Assembly: GCA_964517065.1 (NCBI GenBank)
Contig: CAZFBK010000001.1
Coordinates: 41,734-105,733, forward strand
Direction of reading: 5' to 3'
DNA from: an uncultured Gammaproteobacteria bacterium
GTDB taxonomy: Bacteria; Patescibacteriota; Patescibacteriia; UBA1558; 2-01-FULL-52-15
Length of the DNA: 64,000 bases
In this document: one piece after another, positions 48,074 to 58,626 of the stretch
How the letters are laid out: each line of letters begins with the position of its first letter
Position numbering within the stretch: position 1 is the stretch's first letter
Translations under genes and position numbers: made by a program
The notes under the pieces: generated by a model
Database searches by the model: none
What the model saw: the letters and a program-made list of their open reading frames with translations, nothing else
Told to the model about the DNA's origin: nothing

Positions 48074-49916
48074 GTTGCCACTGAAAAATCACAAACTCTG
48101 GTCGTGGCTGCTCATCGCGGTAGCCAGTGTTGTTTTACTCTGCTTACTTCTCCTGATCACCGCCTGGCTGTTGCAGTTAACCTATCGTGATCGCTTCTGG
48201 CCTAGTATCCATGTCGCCAACGTCAAACTAGGCGGTTTGGAATATCGCCTCGGATCAGAACAACTCCAGCAAAAAATTGATAGCGTCAATAATCACGGCT
48301 TCGTCTATACCAGTGACGTCAAAACTATCAAAATCTACCCAACTACCGTAGCACCAGGTGATCCTGATGTCTCGCATCAGCTTGTTAGCTGGCATACCCA
48401 GCAGGCACTAGATCAGGCTTGGGCTGTGGGCAAAAGCTCTAATCCTCTTGTGACTATTCGCGATGCCTTTGGTTTGATCACCGGACGTTCCTTTGACGTG
48501 CCCTATGATTGGAATCAAGGAGAATTCATGTCCGCTTTGCGCGACAGCTTCAGCGGTACCGTGACGGAGAAAAAAGAAGCAACTCTTGTCTTCGATCAAG
48601 GTCAACCGACTATCACCAGTGAAGCTACCGGAGTCACCTTTAGTTTCGATCAAGCTTTGAAACAAACAGCCGATCAGATTGGCCAACTTGATACGCGTGA
48701 GATTCGTCTAGAGAAAAAAATTGAACAACCTTCCATGACTCGAGCGAAGCTGTTGCCCCTGTTACCGCAAGTCACTACTGCCCTAAACTTTTCTGAATAC
48801 GCTCTAACGAATGACAAAAGTCGCTACCTGATCACCCCGACAGTACTCCGACGTTGGTTGACCTTCCTGCCGGATGATCACGGACAACCGTATCTCACTA
48901 CCAGTTTAGCTAATATGGATGAGTGGCTCGGAGCAATCCGTACGGAAGTGGAGAAGCCAGCTCAAAACGCCAAATTCGCCATTAATAATGGTAAAGTCAC
49001 AGAATTTCAGGCTAACCAAGATGGCATCAGTATTGATACTGATCAACTGCAAAAAAACCTCACACAGAATCTCCCCTTCCATCAGGACGTAACGTTGCCA
49101 ATCAAGACAGAAAAGGCGCAAAACACTGTTTCGCAAGCCAATGATTTAGGGATCACTACACTCCTCGGCACAGGTACGTCTGATTTCTCCGGAAGTCCGA
49201 AGAATCGTAGACACAATATCCAAGTGGGAGCAGCCGCAGTCAACGGATCTCTGGTAGCACCGGGGGAAGAATTTTCTTTATTAAAAACTCTCGGCACCAT
49301 TGATGGTACTACGGGCTATCTTCAGGAACTAGTGATCAAAGGTGACAAGACAACGCCAGAGTATGGAGGAGGCTTATGCCAGATCGGGACTACTACCTTC
49401 CGCGCTACCATGGCCGCTGGTCTGCCGGTGACTGAACGGCGCAATCACTCCTATCGAGTACGGTATTATGAACCGGCTGGTACTGATGCTACCATCTATG
49501 ATCCCGCTCCTGATTATAAATTCAAAAACGACACCGGCCACTACATCCTGATCCAAACCCGAGTAGATGACGAGCACAGTAAATTATATTTCGATGTTTG
49601 GGGTACTCCGGATGGACGCAGTATCACCCAAACAGAGCCGGAAATCTACAACATCGTATCACCAGGACCTGGCAAACTGATCGAAACGTTGGATCTGCCG
49701 GTCGGTACCAAAAAATGCACCGAGGTAGCCCACAGCGGCGCTGATGCCAAATTCGACTACACCATCAAATACGCCGATGGCAACGTCGATGCCACCACCT
49801 TCAAGAGCCACTATGTGCCCTGGCAAGAAGTCTGTCTCATCGGTGTCGATCATCTCAGTGCCACCACCACACCAGCAGGACCTGATGGCGGCGTGATTAT
49901 TAATTCTCTCAATTAA
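48054..49916 (+). CDS. VanW family protein (N-terminal TM)
   Basis: GGGLCQIGTTTFRATMAAGLPVTERRNHSY VanW signature. N-terminal TM LLIAVASVVLLCLLLLITAWLL. Confidence 0.7.
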   Translation: MNSLTNRLPLKNHKLWSWLLIAVASVVLLCLLLLITAWLLQLTYRDRFWPSIHVANVKLGGLEYRLGSEQLQQKIDSVNNHGFVYTSDVKTIKIYPTTVAPGDPDVSHQLVSWHTQQALDQAWAVGKSSNPLVTIRDAFGLITGRSFDVPYDWNQGEFMSALRDSFSGTVTEKKEATLVFDQGQPTITSEATGVTFSFDQALKQTADQIGQLDTREIRLEKKIEQPSMTRAKLLPLLPQVTTALNFSEYALTNDKSRYLITPTVLRRWLTFLPDDHGQPYLTTSLANMDEWLGAIRTEVEKPAQNAKFAINNGKVTEFQANQDGISIDTDQLQKNLTQNLPFHQDVTLPIKTEKAQNTVSQANDLGITTLLGTGTSDFSGSPKNRRHNIQVGAAAVNGSLVAPGEEFSLLKTLGTIDGTTGYLQELVIKGDKTTPEYGGGLCQIGTTTFRATMAAGLPVTERRNHSYRVRYYEPAGTDATIYDPAPDYKFKNDTGHYILIQTRVDDEHSKLYFDVWGTPDGRSITQTEPEIYNIVSPGPGKLIETLDLPVGTKKCTEVAHSGADAKFDYTIKYADGNVDATTFKSHYVPWQEVCLIGVDHLSATTTPAGPDGGVIINSLN

Positions 49917-49936
49917 CCCTGCTACGAAGTTAATCT

Positions 49937-50611
49937 ATGATTGTCTGGAGTAAAATAATATTTGGTTTCAGTCTATCCATTTTCATTTCTATCATCATTC
50001 TTACTATTGGTGAATCCATACCTCGAACAGTAGCTTTGGTATTAGCTGGTCTATTGATCGTCATCATGATCTCGATTAAATTTATCTTCTTGAGCAAAAT
50101 AATGCAGTCAGCGTTCTTCTATAAATCATTATCAAATCAAACTTGGGATTATACTCAAAGAAAATTTCTCAAAACCCAACCCGCCGATCCCGTAGCTGAT
50201 CAACAATTCGCAACTGCCAAGAATGAGTCTATCGATCAGCAACGTAAATTTGACGTAATAAGAAATTTATTGGGAGTTATCATTGCCTTACCTACGATTG
50301 CTCTCTTCATTATTACCTTGCCTGATTATAAGTATCGACTTCAAAATGCTTCACTAGACAATTCTAGTAGCGGTTATTTGATCATATTTGTGCCTCTGCT
50401 AATTATTGGAGTAGTGTTGCTTAAGGTTATTTCCTATAAGGCCTTCAAAGTTCGCTGGCAACCCGGTAAAATAGCTCTAGAAAATCGTGGTGACGAAAAA
50501 GAACAACTGGCAATTGACTATCGCAAAATGCCCCTTTGGCTTCAGGTGACGATCTGGCTCATCATGATTGGGCTCATGATTATCTCGATTAGTCTCAAAA
50601 TGACACGATAA
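49937..50611 (+). CDS. Hypothetical integral membrane protein
   Basis: 224 aa with about 4-5 TM helices. Confidence 0.45.
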   Translation: MIVWSKIIFGFSLSIFISIIILTIGESIPRTVALVLAGLLIVIMISIKFIFLSKIMQSAFFYKSLSNQTWDYTQRKFLKTQPADPVADQQFATAKNESIDQQRKFDVIRNLLGVIIALPTIALFIITLPDYKYRLQNASLDNSSSGYLIIFVPLLIIGVVLLKVISYKAFKVRWQPGKIALENRGDEKEQLAIDYRKMPLWLQVTIWLIMIGLMIISISLKMTR

Positions 50612-50776
50612 CCATCGGACTCCAGATGGCACACCGCCGGTTGTAAATTCGTTTAATTAACCCCTAGCTAACTTAATCACAACAGTTTGACAACAGTCTG
50701 ATACTAACCTAGTATAAGGCTGTTTTCGTTCGTTCGGTGCGACACAAACTCACCTACAACCAATAAGGAGAGCGCC

Positions 50777-51310
50777 ATGTCCGATAAAGCGGTGGCTATT
50801 GACCGCAGTATCATTGAAAAACAGGCTCTAATACGCTTCTGTCTCAACCAGTCGGGAGATTCTCCGTTTGATAACGTCAGGGCAGCCGTTCGCATCGTCA
50901 CGGTATCTCCGCAGCGCACCTTTATTCAGGTCCGCTACAGTTCTCTCAGCCCCTTCATGGCTCAGGGAGGAGAAGATCTTCATCTAGAAACCACCAGACA
51001 AGTTGCTGTGAAGACAAGACAGTGGTTTGAGGGCGATGACTGGAGCATCGCATTCAAAGCGTACCCGCTTATGAAAGAGAACTTAGCCTTACCGTGGCTA
51101 GGTATATATGAGCCATATTTTAGCGCCACTAAAAAAATCAACCCCCAACATCATCTGGCTATGCTGTACCTTACCCGGGTACACACCTTACTTCTGGCAA
51201 CTGTCGCCGATATTCCCGCCAACTTGAAGGTAAGGCGCCAAGATGTTGCTACGGTCGCAGAGAGATTTCAGGCGTTCATGACGGCAACGCTGCAGAGCTA
51301 TCAACCGTAG
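50777..51310 (+). CDS. Hypothetical protein
   Basis: 177-aa ORF. No motif. Confidence 0.4.
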   Translation: MSDKAVAIDRSIIEKQALIRFCLNQSGDSPFDNVRAAVRIVTVSPQRTFIQVRYSSLSPFMAQGGEDLHLETTRQVAVKTRQWFEGDDWSIAFKAYPLMKENLALPWLGIYEPYFSATKKINPQHHLAMLYLTRVHTLLLATVADIPANLKVRRQDVATVAERFQAFMTATLQSYQP

Positions 51311-51506
51311 CTCGTCGCGCTGCCATCTCCACACTGCCCCCGACCACCACTGGTCGGGGGCTCCGTTTTTTATCAGCGCTGAAAATGCAAGCTTCTATCT
51401 ATATCCGTTGGTCTACGATGAGCAAGGTATTCTTCATACCTCATACGTCCTACCTAATACTTTTCTGGTACTTTACACTTAAGACTTTCAACTTTATACT
51501 ACTCCC

Positions 51507-52517
51507 ATGGAAACCTCCCACGCCAAACGCACCATCATCCTCATTGTCAGCTTATTTGTCGCACTGATCCTGCTGGCTATTGCCTGGGAAGTGAAAAAAT
51601 ACGCCAATAGTCTACCACCCCCTATTCCCAACTATCAGGTCAACAGGGTAACAATAACCGACCAGACTGATGGTGCAAAAATATTGCCAAGCGAACTCAT
51701 CCCTGCCTGCCAAGGTCAGGATTGTATCGCTTCACTTGATCATCCGCAGTTCGAAACAGCCACCTCAGTCAGTACTTGGCTCAATGATGATGACCGTGTT
51801 TTTGGCCTATCTTATAATGGTGTCGTGCGTGCCTATCCGGAGAGAATCATCGCCTGGCATCTGGTCATCAATGATCAGATCAAAAATCAACCCATCATCG
51901 TCACCTATAGTCCTCTGACGGGTAGCGCGTCAGCCTATAAACCACTTGTAAATAGCATTAATACTCAATTCGGTGTCTCCGGTCTGGTGCGCGAAAGCGG
52001 CATCATACTCTATGATCGCTTGCAGGGAAATCTCTGGGAACAGCTGACTGGTCAGGCTATACTCGGTGCAGCTGCGCAAGCCAACGAGACACTCACTCCT
52101 CTGCCGGTCAGCCTGACTACATGGAAACTATGGAAAGAAGCGCATCCTGACACCGAGGTGTTAAGTAAAATTACAGGCTACAAAGGATCATACGCCAAAA
52201 CTCCTTATGACACCTATCTCGACACTGATAAGCTACTCTTGCAGGCAACATCAACCAATAAAACTCTACCAAATAAAACCTTAGTCTACGGCTTAGAGCT
52301 GGGAGGTACCAGCAAAGCCTATCCGGTCACAAGTCTGAAAACAACAGCTATCACCGATCGTATCGGCAGTGATACTATTACTATCCAACGACAAGCAGAC
52401 GGCCTAGTGACCGCAGTCAATACCAAAACCAATGAACCAATTCGCGTCACACCGGTGTATTGGTTTGCTTGGTCGTATTTCCACCCCGAGACAACTATTT
52501 ATTCAACCAAGCGTTAA
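51507..52517 (+). CDS. DUF3179 domain protein (N-terminal TM)
   Basis: LSYNGVVRAYPERIIAWHLVINDQIKNQPIIVTYSPLTGS matches the DUF3179 core. Confidence 0.6.
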   Translation: METSHAKRTIILIVSLFVALILLAIAWEVKKYANSLPPPIPNYQVNRVTITDQTDGAKILPSELIPACQGQDCIASLDHPQFETATSVSTWLNDDDRVFGLSYNGVVRAYPERIIAWHLVINDQIKNQPIIVTYSPLTGSASAYKPLVNSINTQFGVSGLVRESGIILYDRLQGNLWEQLTGQAILGAAAQANETLTPLPVSLTTWKLWKEAHPDTEVLSKITGYKGSYAKTPYDTYLDTDKLLLQATSTNKTLPNKTLVYGLELGGTSKAYPVTSLKTTAITDRIGSDTITIQRQADGLVTAVNTKTNEPIRVTPVYWFAWSYFHPETTIYSTKR

Positions 52518-52706
52518 CTACTGCTTTTTTCTATCATCAGTCTTAAAGATAACGTGAAAACAAAAATAAGAAACCTGCCCTGACTTCTTCAAACTGCTAG
52601 CTTCCAACTCCAAACTTCTAGCTTCTAACCAACACTACAGCCTGTAGTTTACAATCAGCCTCAGAAGCTCTATACTACTGCTATCTATCATTAACTATCC
52701 ACAATC

Positions 52707-53489
52707 ATGCGAACCCTATCCGCACGTCTCCCTCTGGCTATCTTCGGAGTACTCCTCCTTGGAGGCTGCAACCTCTTTAGTTCACCGGCACCAAAGCCAA
52801 TAGCCCCAGAGCCAACTCCTGTAGTCCAACCCGCCAGCGTCACCGTCACCGGACAAGATGTCATTGATAATGTCGTAACCGTGGCCAGCGTGGTCTCCAA
52901 AGGTCCGGGTTGGATGACGATCCATGCCGATCTCGATGGTGCTCCTGGTGCTGTCATTGGCTACACGCCAGTTATGAATGGCGAGAATACTAATGTCAAA
53001 GTAACCATCGATCCAGCCAAAGCTACACCAACAATGTACGCTATGCTCCATATCGACTCTGGTATCCTCGGTACCTACGAATTCCCTGGTGCTGACGTCC
53101 CCGCCAAAGATGATGCCGGCATGATGATCTCCCCTAGCTTCATGATGACCAATGCAACTATCAGCACCTCCACAGCTACCAGCACTACCAAGACAACTAC
53201 TCCTGTCAAACCAGCTACCAAAACTTTCAATGTCAAAGGTTTAAATTTCAGCTTCGACACGAAAGAAATCAAGGTGAATAAAGGTGATACCGTAGTGATC
53301 AAATTCACCAACACCGAAGGTTTCCATGATTGGGTGATCGATGAATTCAATGCCCGAACCAAACAAATCGGCGAAGGCAAATCAGAAACCATAACCTTCG
53401 TGGCTGATAAAGCTGGCACCTTTGAGTATTACTGCAGTGTCGGCAAACACCGCGCTATGGGGATGAAGGGAAACCTTATCGTTCAATAG
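52707..53489 (+). CDS. Lipoprotein with C-terminal cupredoxin (plastocyanin/azurin-like blue copper) domain
   Basis: Lipobox LLLGGC. Cupredoxin ligand pattern GFHDW ... [13 protein letters not shown] (His, Cys, His, Met). Confidence 0.75.
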   Translation: MRTLSARLPLAIFGVLLLGGCNLFSSPAPKPIAPEPTPVVQPASVTVTGQDVIDNVVTVASVVSKGPGWMTIHADLDGAPGAVIGYTPVMNGENTNVKVTIDPAKATPTMYAMLHIDSGILGTYEFPGADVPAKDDAGMMISPSFMMTNATISTSTATSTTKTTTPVKPATKTFNVKGLNFSFDTKEIKVNKGDTVVIKFTNTEGFHDWVIDEFNARTKQIGEGKSETITFVADKAGTFEYYCSVGKHRAMGMKGNLIVQ

Positions 53490-53506
53490 AATACCACCCA
53501 AACAAA

Positions 53507-53535
53507 AAACCGCCCAGTATCTGGTCGGTTTTTTG
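53507..53535 (+). terminator. Rho-independent terminator after the cupredoxin gene
   Basis: AACCGCCCAG-TATC-TGGTCGGTT hairpin followed by TTTTTG. Confidence 0.55.
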
Positions 53536-54048
53536 TTTGTAAAATAATCAATATTCAATGATCAAATTTCAAACAATAATCAATCATTAATATCAAATAT
53601 TCAAACATCTACCGCAGTATGCGTTTCGATATTTGAACTTTTATATTTGATATTGTTTAGTATTTAGTGCTTGGTTATTCGTTATTGATTTTTTATTTTC
53701 CGAAGGAAAATAAAAAATCCCCAACAAACTGCACCCAAGAAAACTTGTCATAGTAGTTTTCCAGCCTGAGCCGGAAAAAAACTAGAGACAAGTCCCCATG
53801 CTTGTCGTGGATGCAGATTGTTAGGGACGTCCCATGTGGGATTTACTATACTAGCATAGGCATAGGTTCCTGTCAATAGCCGGCAAAGACCCGATTTATC
53901 CCCATTTTATGCACCGTTCCTTGACTAATCAGGCACTATTGTATATGATTGTCCCATCATTTAGGCGGTTGAAATATCACCTACAGTGTTCGGGCAATCC
54001 AGAGGATCGCCCCTACCAACTACTAACTACCAACTACTAACTACCCCT

Positions 54049-54309
54049 ATGGGACTACCAGGAAAAAGACGTACTACCTCCTCGGGCCGCCGACGCGCTG
54101 CCCACTTCGCACTGACGAAGCCTGCTATTATGAGCTGTCAGAAATGTGGCAAGCCAAAAAAACCGCACTATGCTTGTCGCTTCTGCGGCTACTACCGTGG
54201 CACTGAGGTTGTAAATACGCTCCACCGTGCAACCAAACGTACTACTCGGAACGCTCAGCGTTCCACGCAGGCTAAGCGTGCGACAAAGAATACCAACGCC
54301 GCTAAATAA
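54049..54309 (+). CDS. rpmF: 50S ribosomal protein L32 (with C-terminal basic extension)
   Basis: KRRTTSSGRRRAAHFAL...CQKCGKPKKPHYACRFCGYY Zn-ribbon. Start placed at the internal Met of the longer ORF. Confidence 0.7.
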   Translation: MGLPGKRRTTSSGRRRAAHFALTKPAIMSCQKCGKPKKPHYACRFCGYYRGTEVVNTLHRATKRTTRNAQRSTQAKRATKNTNAAK

Positions 54310-54349
54310 GGGCGTTGTCTTTGTAATTTTGTTCTTTCAGTATTAAATT

Positions 54350-55234
54350 ATGGCCAACAGACATTTAGCTCGTACCTTAACCTTACAAAGTTTATTCGAA
54401 TGGGATTTCTACCAGGGCAAGGTTGAAATTGCCGAAGTTTTGGAAAACAATCGCAAAGAGTTCGCGCCAGAATTCGAAGATCAAGGCTTCAGTCTCCGCC
54501 TACTGGAAGAAGTCATTGATAACCACCTTATTATAGACAAACTGATTGCCAAATTCGCGCCCGAGTGGCCACTCGATCAGATCACCCTCGTCGATCGCAA
54601 TGTGTTGCGCATCGGCATCTATGAACTAAAATTTGATAATACTATCCCGCCGAAAGTAGCCATCAATGAAGCTATCGAATTAGCTAAAACCTATGGTGGC
54701 GGTTCTTCCGGTAAATTTGTTAATGGCGTGCTGGGCAGTATTTATAAAGAAATGGTTAAGCGCGGAGAGAAACAAAGCTTAGTCAGCCAAGGCATCAAAG
54801 AAGAATCCAGCGGTGGCATCGTCTATCGCCGTGAAGGCGCGGAATACAAATTTGTCCTGATCATGGACGCCTATGGCAAATGGACTTTCCCCAAAGGCCA
54901 CGTTGATCAAGGTGAGCGACCGGCTCAGGCTGCAGCGCGCGAGATCCGCGAAGAATTAGGCTTGGTTAATTTAGATGAGATTGATTATCTCGGTGATATC
55001 CAATTAAAAGTACACAAACCAGAGCAGGCTGCCTTCCGCAAATTAGTTCACATCTATTTATTTGAAACTACGGATACCGAGCTGCATATTCCCCAAGTTG
55101 CCGAGCTTAAAGATGGCAAATGGTTCTCAGCCGAAGAAGCTGTCGAGGCTATCGGCTATGAAGAAACTCGAGCTATATTTCAACAAGTCGTACAACGATT
55201 ACACAATCCCAATGAAGGACAGCAATCAGCTTGA
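54350..55234 (+). CDS. nusB: NusB-like antitermination domain fused to a C-terminal NUDIX hydrolase domain
   Basis: MANRHLARTLTLQSLFEWDF NusB N-terminus. Nudix box GHVDQGERPAQAAAREIREELGL in the C-terminal half. Confidence 0.7.
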   Translation: MANRHLARTLTLQSLFEWDFYQGKVEIAEVLENNRKEFAPEFEDQGFSLRLLEEVIDNHLIIDKLIAKFAPEWPLDQITLVDRNVLRIGIYELKFDNTIPPKVAINEAIELAKTYGGGSSGKFVNGVLGSIYKEMVKRGEKQSLVSQGIKEESSGGIVYRREGAEYKFVLIMDAYGKWTFPKGHVDQGERPAQAAAREIREELGLVNLDEIDYLGDIQLKVHKPEQAAFRKLVHIYLFETTDTELHIPQVAELKDGKWFSAEEAVEAIGYEETRAIFQQVVQRLHNPNEGQQSA

Positions 55235-55901
55235 GACCAGCCTCGGGCTTAAATTCAAAAATAAAGATCTCCTCCGTAGCGCACTGACGCATCGGTCGTA
55301 TTTGAACGAGCACAAAAATCTCGGCATTGATCATAATGAACGCCTAGAATTCCTCGGTGATGCTGTCTTGGAATTAATCGTGACGGAATTTCTCTTTCTC
55401 AACTATCCCAACCCAGAAGGCGAGCTGACCAACTGGCGATCAAGCCTCGTCAACGCCAATACGCTCGGTGATCTGGCTGAAGAGCTCGGTATCTATCCCT
55501 ATCTCTATCTCAGCCGTGGCGAAGCTAAAGATGATAACGCCAAAGCGCGCAAATATATCCTTGCTAATGCTATGGAAGCTCTCATCGGAGCTATCTATCT
55601 GGATCAGGGATTAGCCAAGACGGAGAAATTTATCACCGATACGGTACTGGTTAAACTCGATCATATCTTGAAAAAGCATTTATATATTGATCCCAAGAGT
55701 AAATTCCAAGAAAAATCACAAGAACTCTACGGCACGACTCCCCACTACAAAGTCATGACCGAGACAGGACCGGATCATCACAAACGGTTTGTCGTTGGTC
55801 TCTATATTGATAAAGAATTAATTGCTGAAGGCGAAGGTTTCTCCAAGCAGGAAGCGCAGATTACGGCTGCGGCTGAGGGACTGAAGCAGAAACGGTGGTA
55901 A
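55212..55901 (+). CDS. rnc: Ribonuclease III
   Basis: ERLEFLGDAVLELIVTEFLF RNase III signature and C-terminal dsRBD. Start at the internal Met overlaps the nusB-nudix end by 23 bp. Confidence 0.85.
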   Translation: MKDSNQLETSLGLKFKNKDLLRSALTHRSYLNEHKNLGIDHNERLEFLGDAVLELIVTEFLFLNYPNPEGELTNWRSSLVNANTLGDLAEELGIYPYLYLSRGEAKDDNAKARKYILANAMEALIGAIYLDQGLAKTEKFITDTVLVKLDHILKKHLYIDPKSKFQEKSQELYGTTPHYKVMTETGPDHHKRFVVGLYIDKELIAEGEGFSKQEAQITAAAEGLKQKRW

Positions 55902-56008
55902 GTTAGTTACCACGGAGTCAGTAGATATCCACGGTCGTAAGGGTGGGTTTGAAACCCACCCCGACGGGACAGCGACGCTGTCCCTCAGCCGCTCAATAAA
56001 AATAAACT

Positions 56009-57529
56009 ATGAAAAAATTAAATAGCTCCCAATCAAGTCACCAGCTGGTGCCTTTTATTATTTTAATCCTCATCGCTGGACTGCTTAGCGCTGACATCTA
56101 TTTCTACTTCAAAGCTCATAAAGATAACACTGCTACTACCCTACCAACTGTCGCGACAAGCGATAACTGGAAAACCTACACCGACAGTGGCTTAGGTTTT
56201 CAGATTGATTATCCCGCTGACCAACCGATTGAATCCTATTTTAAAGACAATATCTTCTACACAGTTATAGGCACGATGCCCTATGAACCAGCTCCGGGAC
56301 TATTTACTATTGGGATGAAAAAAAATACCAGTGCAGAAGAGTACCTAGTACAAACGCAGAAAGATACCTCAGGTTGTAGCAAGTCAGAAGTTGTAACACT
56401 TAATAATCGTGATGCGATTTTTTATACCTGCGTCTCAGAATTCGCTGGCGACACTGTCGACAATTTCGTCATTGCCAGAAACAATAACATCTACCACCTT
56501 AGCTTCATGCTAGTACCACAAGGAACAACGGCCGAAAGCGTGAAGTTTGTCATTAGTCCGAATGATCAAAAAATGTTGGATAGCTTCAGTATAACTGAGC
56601 GCCTGACAGACTGGCAGTTGTATACCAACAGTGACTATGGTTTCAGTTTGCAATATCCTCAAGATTGGAAGCAAGAGAACTTCAAAGGAGGTATATCTGG
56701 CTGCTGCTTTACCGGCTCTGGTGTGGTTGCTATTGACTCGATAGAACAGCGACCTGGTGTTCATGAGGGCGAAGGTGAAGCATTGAGAATTTATTTAAAA
56801 GATATAACCCCAACTCAATACGCCACCGAATATAATACATTCAATAGAGTAGGTCTCAAAGATGCCGATTTTGTTGAGAAAAAACAGACAGAAACCTTAG
56901 CAGGTGTTGAAGTTACTCATTTAAGACTTGGCACTCCTATGGGCAGTTATTTCGAAGTTATCTTCTTTAAACAAGGCGTGCTGAAGCCTTTCTATATTGA
57001 ATACGATGATAATGATCCACTTCATCAGCAAATTCTTTCCACCTTCCGCCTCACTGACGATATGAGCGGATGGCAAACATATACGAATGAAAAATATGGT
57101 TTTAATTTTCAATATCCGTCTAATTGGAAGCAAATTAATTCGCCGACTTTTCTTCTTAATCTCTCGGAAAATGATCCATACAGTTACGATTTCAGCGGAG
57201 TGTTCATTAAAACAACAAATCCAACTACTATTGAAGATGCCTTGGCCAAGGCTATCATAGAATATAAGACCAAACTTGATGCTGATCCCGATTATCCTTC
57301 AAGCTATCCTAAATATACTGAACCAAAGGTCGTTGATTTTCATGGCCAGACAGCCATAAAAAGGTCTTATAAGACTTATGAAATAACTCCTCCAGGCACA
57401 GAATATATTTTACCCGAAAAGGGATTGATAATTACCATATCTGATTTATATGGAAATGGAAAAATATCCGTTGAGACAATGTCTACATTAAAGAATCAAA
57501 TCCTCTCCACCTTCAAATTTTTAAAATAA
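56009..57529 (+). CDS. Secreted/TM-anchored multi-module protein, array member 1 (three W.TYTN..YGF.FQYP..W modules, each ending ILSTFRLTDD or ILSTFKFLK)
   Basis: N-terminal TM. Repeated module boundaries at WKTYTDSGLGFQIDYP, WQLYTNSDYGFSLQYPQDW and WQTYTNEKYGFNFQYPSNW. Confidence 0.6.
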   Translation: MKKLNSSQSSHQLVPFIILILIAGLLSADIYFYFKAHKDNTATTLPTVATSDNWKTYTDSGLGFQIDYPADQPIESYFKDNIFYTVIGTMPYEPAPGLFTIGMKKNTSAEEYLVQTQKDTSGCSKSEVVTLNNRDAIFYTCVSEFAGDTVDNFVIARNNNIYHLSFMLVPQGTTAESVKFVISPNDQKMLDSFSITERLTDWQLYTNSDYGFSLQYPQDWKQENFKGGISGCCFTGSGVVAIDSIEQRPGVHEGEGEALRIYLKDITPTQYATEYNTFNRVGLKDADFVEKKQTETLAGVEVTHLRLGTPMGSYFEVIFFKQGVLKPFYIEYDDNDPLHQQILSTFRLTDDMSGWQTYTNEKYGFNFQYPSNWKQINSPTFLLNLSENDPYSYDFSGVFIKTTNPTTIEDALAKAIIEYKTKLDADPDYPSSYPKYTEPKVVDFHGQTAIKRSYKTYEITPPGTEYILPEKGLIITISDLYGNGKISVETMSTLKNQILSTFKFLK

Positions 57530-57533
57530 ACCT

Positions 57534-58622
57534 ATGCTCAACAAAAAATTCCAACATGGCAACACCTTCCTACCCTATCTCATCCTCGTCGTCATAGCCG
57601 GACTGGTCACGACCAATCTGTGGCTGTACTTCTGGAATCAGAAAGAGATAACTCCGTCACAACCCCAGTCGGTTGTTACTACAACCGATCCGCTGGCTGG
57701 TTGGCAGACGTATACGAACGGCCAATATGGGTTCAACATTAAATACCCGTCCAACTGGGTGGCCAAAGAAATTCCAAATCAAGAATACGGCGGAGTTGTC
57801 AATTTTTTCCAATCAGGTTCCAAAACATATCCTGAGCAGGGAGGTAGTCAGCCAATTGGGGAAAATTTAGTCACCTTATCTCTATTAAAAAACCCAAATG
57901 ATCTAACCCTACAACAGATATTTAACAACAATTACAATAAGTGTCTGCAGGAACCTAATAACGATTTTGGATGTCCGAGTCCGCAAAACACAGAGTCTTG
58001 GCAAACCATAACTGTTGATGGAGCAAAAGCCTGGCGAACCGGTGATACCGGCATACCTGAGGGACCGGGGGCGGATACGTTGTATATCAAACAAGACGGT
58101 TATTATATCGAGATGACATTAATGTTGTTCGAACCAGTCCGAAAAAATATTGATACAGCCATATTAGATCGAATGATTTCCACCTTCCGCTTCACTGATG
58201 ATATGAGCGATTGGAAGATTTATAAAAATGAGAAGCTCCACTACCAAATACAACTCCCAACTGGCTGGTGGATCAACGAACAAAAAGATTTTACCCAAAT
58301 CCTACCACCATCAATCGAAAAAGAAGTTTTACCTTCTGGAGCTGGCTTTGGAGGTGCGCAAAGTGATCAGCCAATTATAACTATCTCTCGTGTTGTGGAT
58401 CTGGAGCTCGGTGAGACGATGCACAATATTCAAGATGAAAGAAAAATTACGATCGATTCTATTGAGTCAAGCCAAAGGCAAGAGAATGGAAGTTTTGGTA
58501 ATAGTATAAATACCTACATCCCTCTAGGTAAAAACTATATAAAATTTAGCTGGGATTTAATTTCAAAACCTAGTGACCCTGCTCTAGAACAAATCCTCTC
58601 CACCTTCAAATTTATAAAATAA
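57534..58622 (+). CDS. Array member 2 (two modules)
   Basis: WQTYTNGQYGFNIKYPSNW and WKIYKNEKLHYQIQLPTGWW. Ends ILSTFKFIK. First 60 codons about 90% nucleotide-identical to member 3. Confidence 0.6.
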   Translation: MLNKKFQHGNTFLPYLILVVIAGLVTTNLWLYFWNQKEITPSQPQSVVTTTDPLAGWQTYTNGQYGFNIKYPSNWVAKEIPNQEYGGVVNFFQSGSKTYPEQGGSQPIGENLVTLSLLKNPNDLTLQQIFNNNYNKCLQEPNNDFGCPSPQNTESWQTITVDGAKAWRTGDTGIPEGPGADTLYIKQDGYYIEMTLMLFEPVRKNIDTAILDRMISTFRFTDDMSDWKIYKNEKLHYQIQLPTGWWINEQKDFTQILPPSIEKEVLPSGAGFGGAQSDQPIITISRVVDLELGETMHNIQDERKITIDSIESSQRQENGSFGNSINTYIPLGKNYIKFSWDLISKPSDPALEQILSTFKFIK

Positions 58623-58626
58623 ATCT

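Noticed and set aside
21262-53680. Loose similarity among AT-rich spacers (TTTGAACTTGTTT, ATTTAGTGCTTAG) at 21390-21460, 40441-40560 and 53600-53680 as a MITE family
   Set aside because: Matches are short (8-13 nt) and interrupted in AT-rich sequence. This cannot be distinguished from compositional chance without a genome-wide count. It is noted but not called.
7780-54045. CTAACTAC / CTTACTAC micro-repeats and the GGGTCAGGG hairpin elements as a CRISPR array
   Set aside because: The units are short (8-10 bp) low-complexity repeats without regular spacers, or single hairpins within operon spacers. No repeat-spacer periodicity and no cas genes are present in the window.
55902-56008. Two GC hairpins after rnc (GGGTGGGTTTGAAACCCACCC, GGGACAGCGACGCTGTCCC) as a tRNA or ncRNA
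   Set aside because: No cloverleaf can be drawn, and there is no following U-tract. They are most simply stem-loops at the operon end, and a feature call is not justified.
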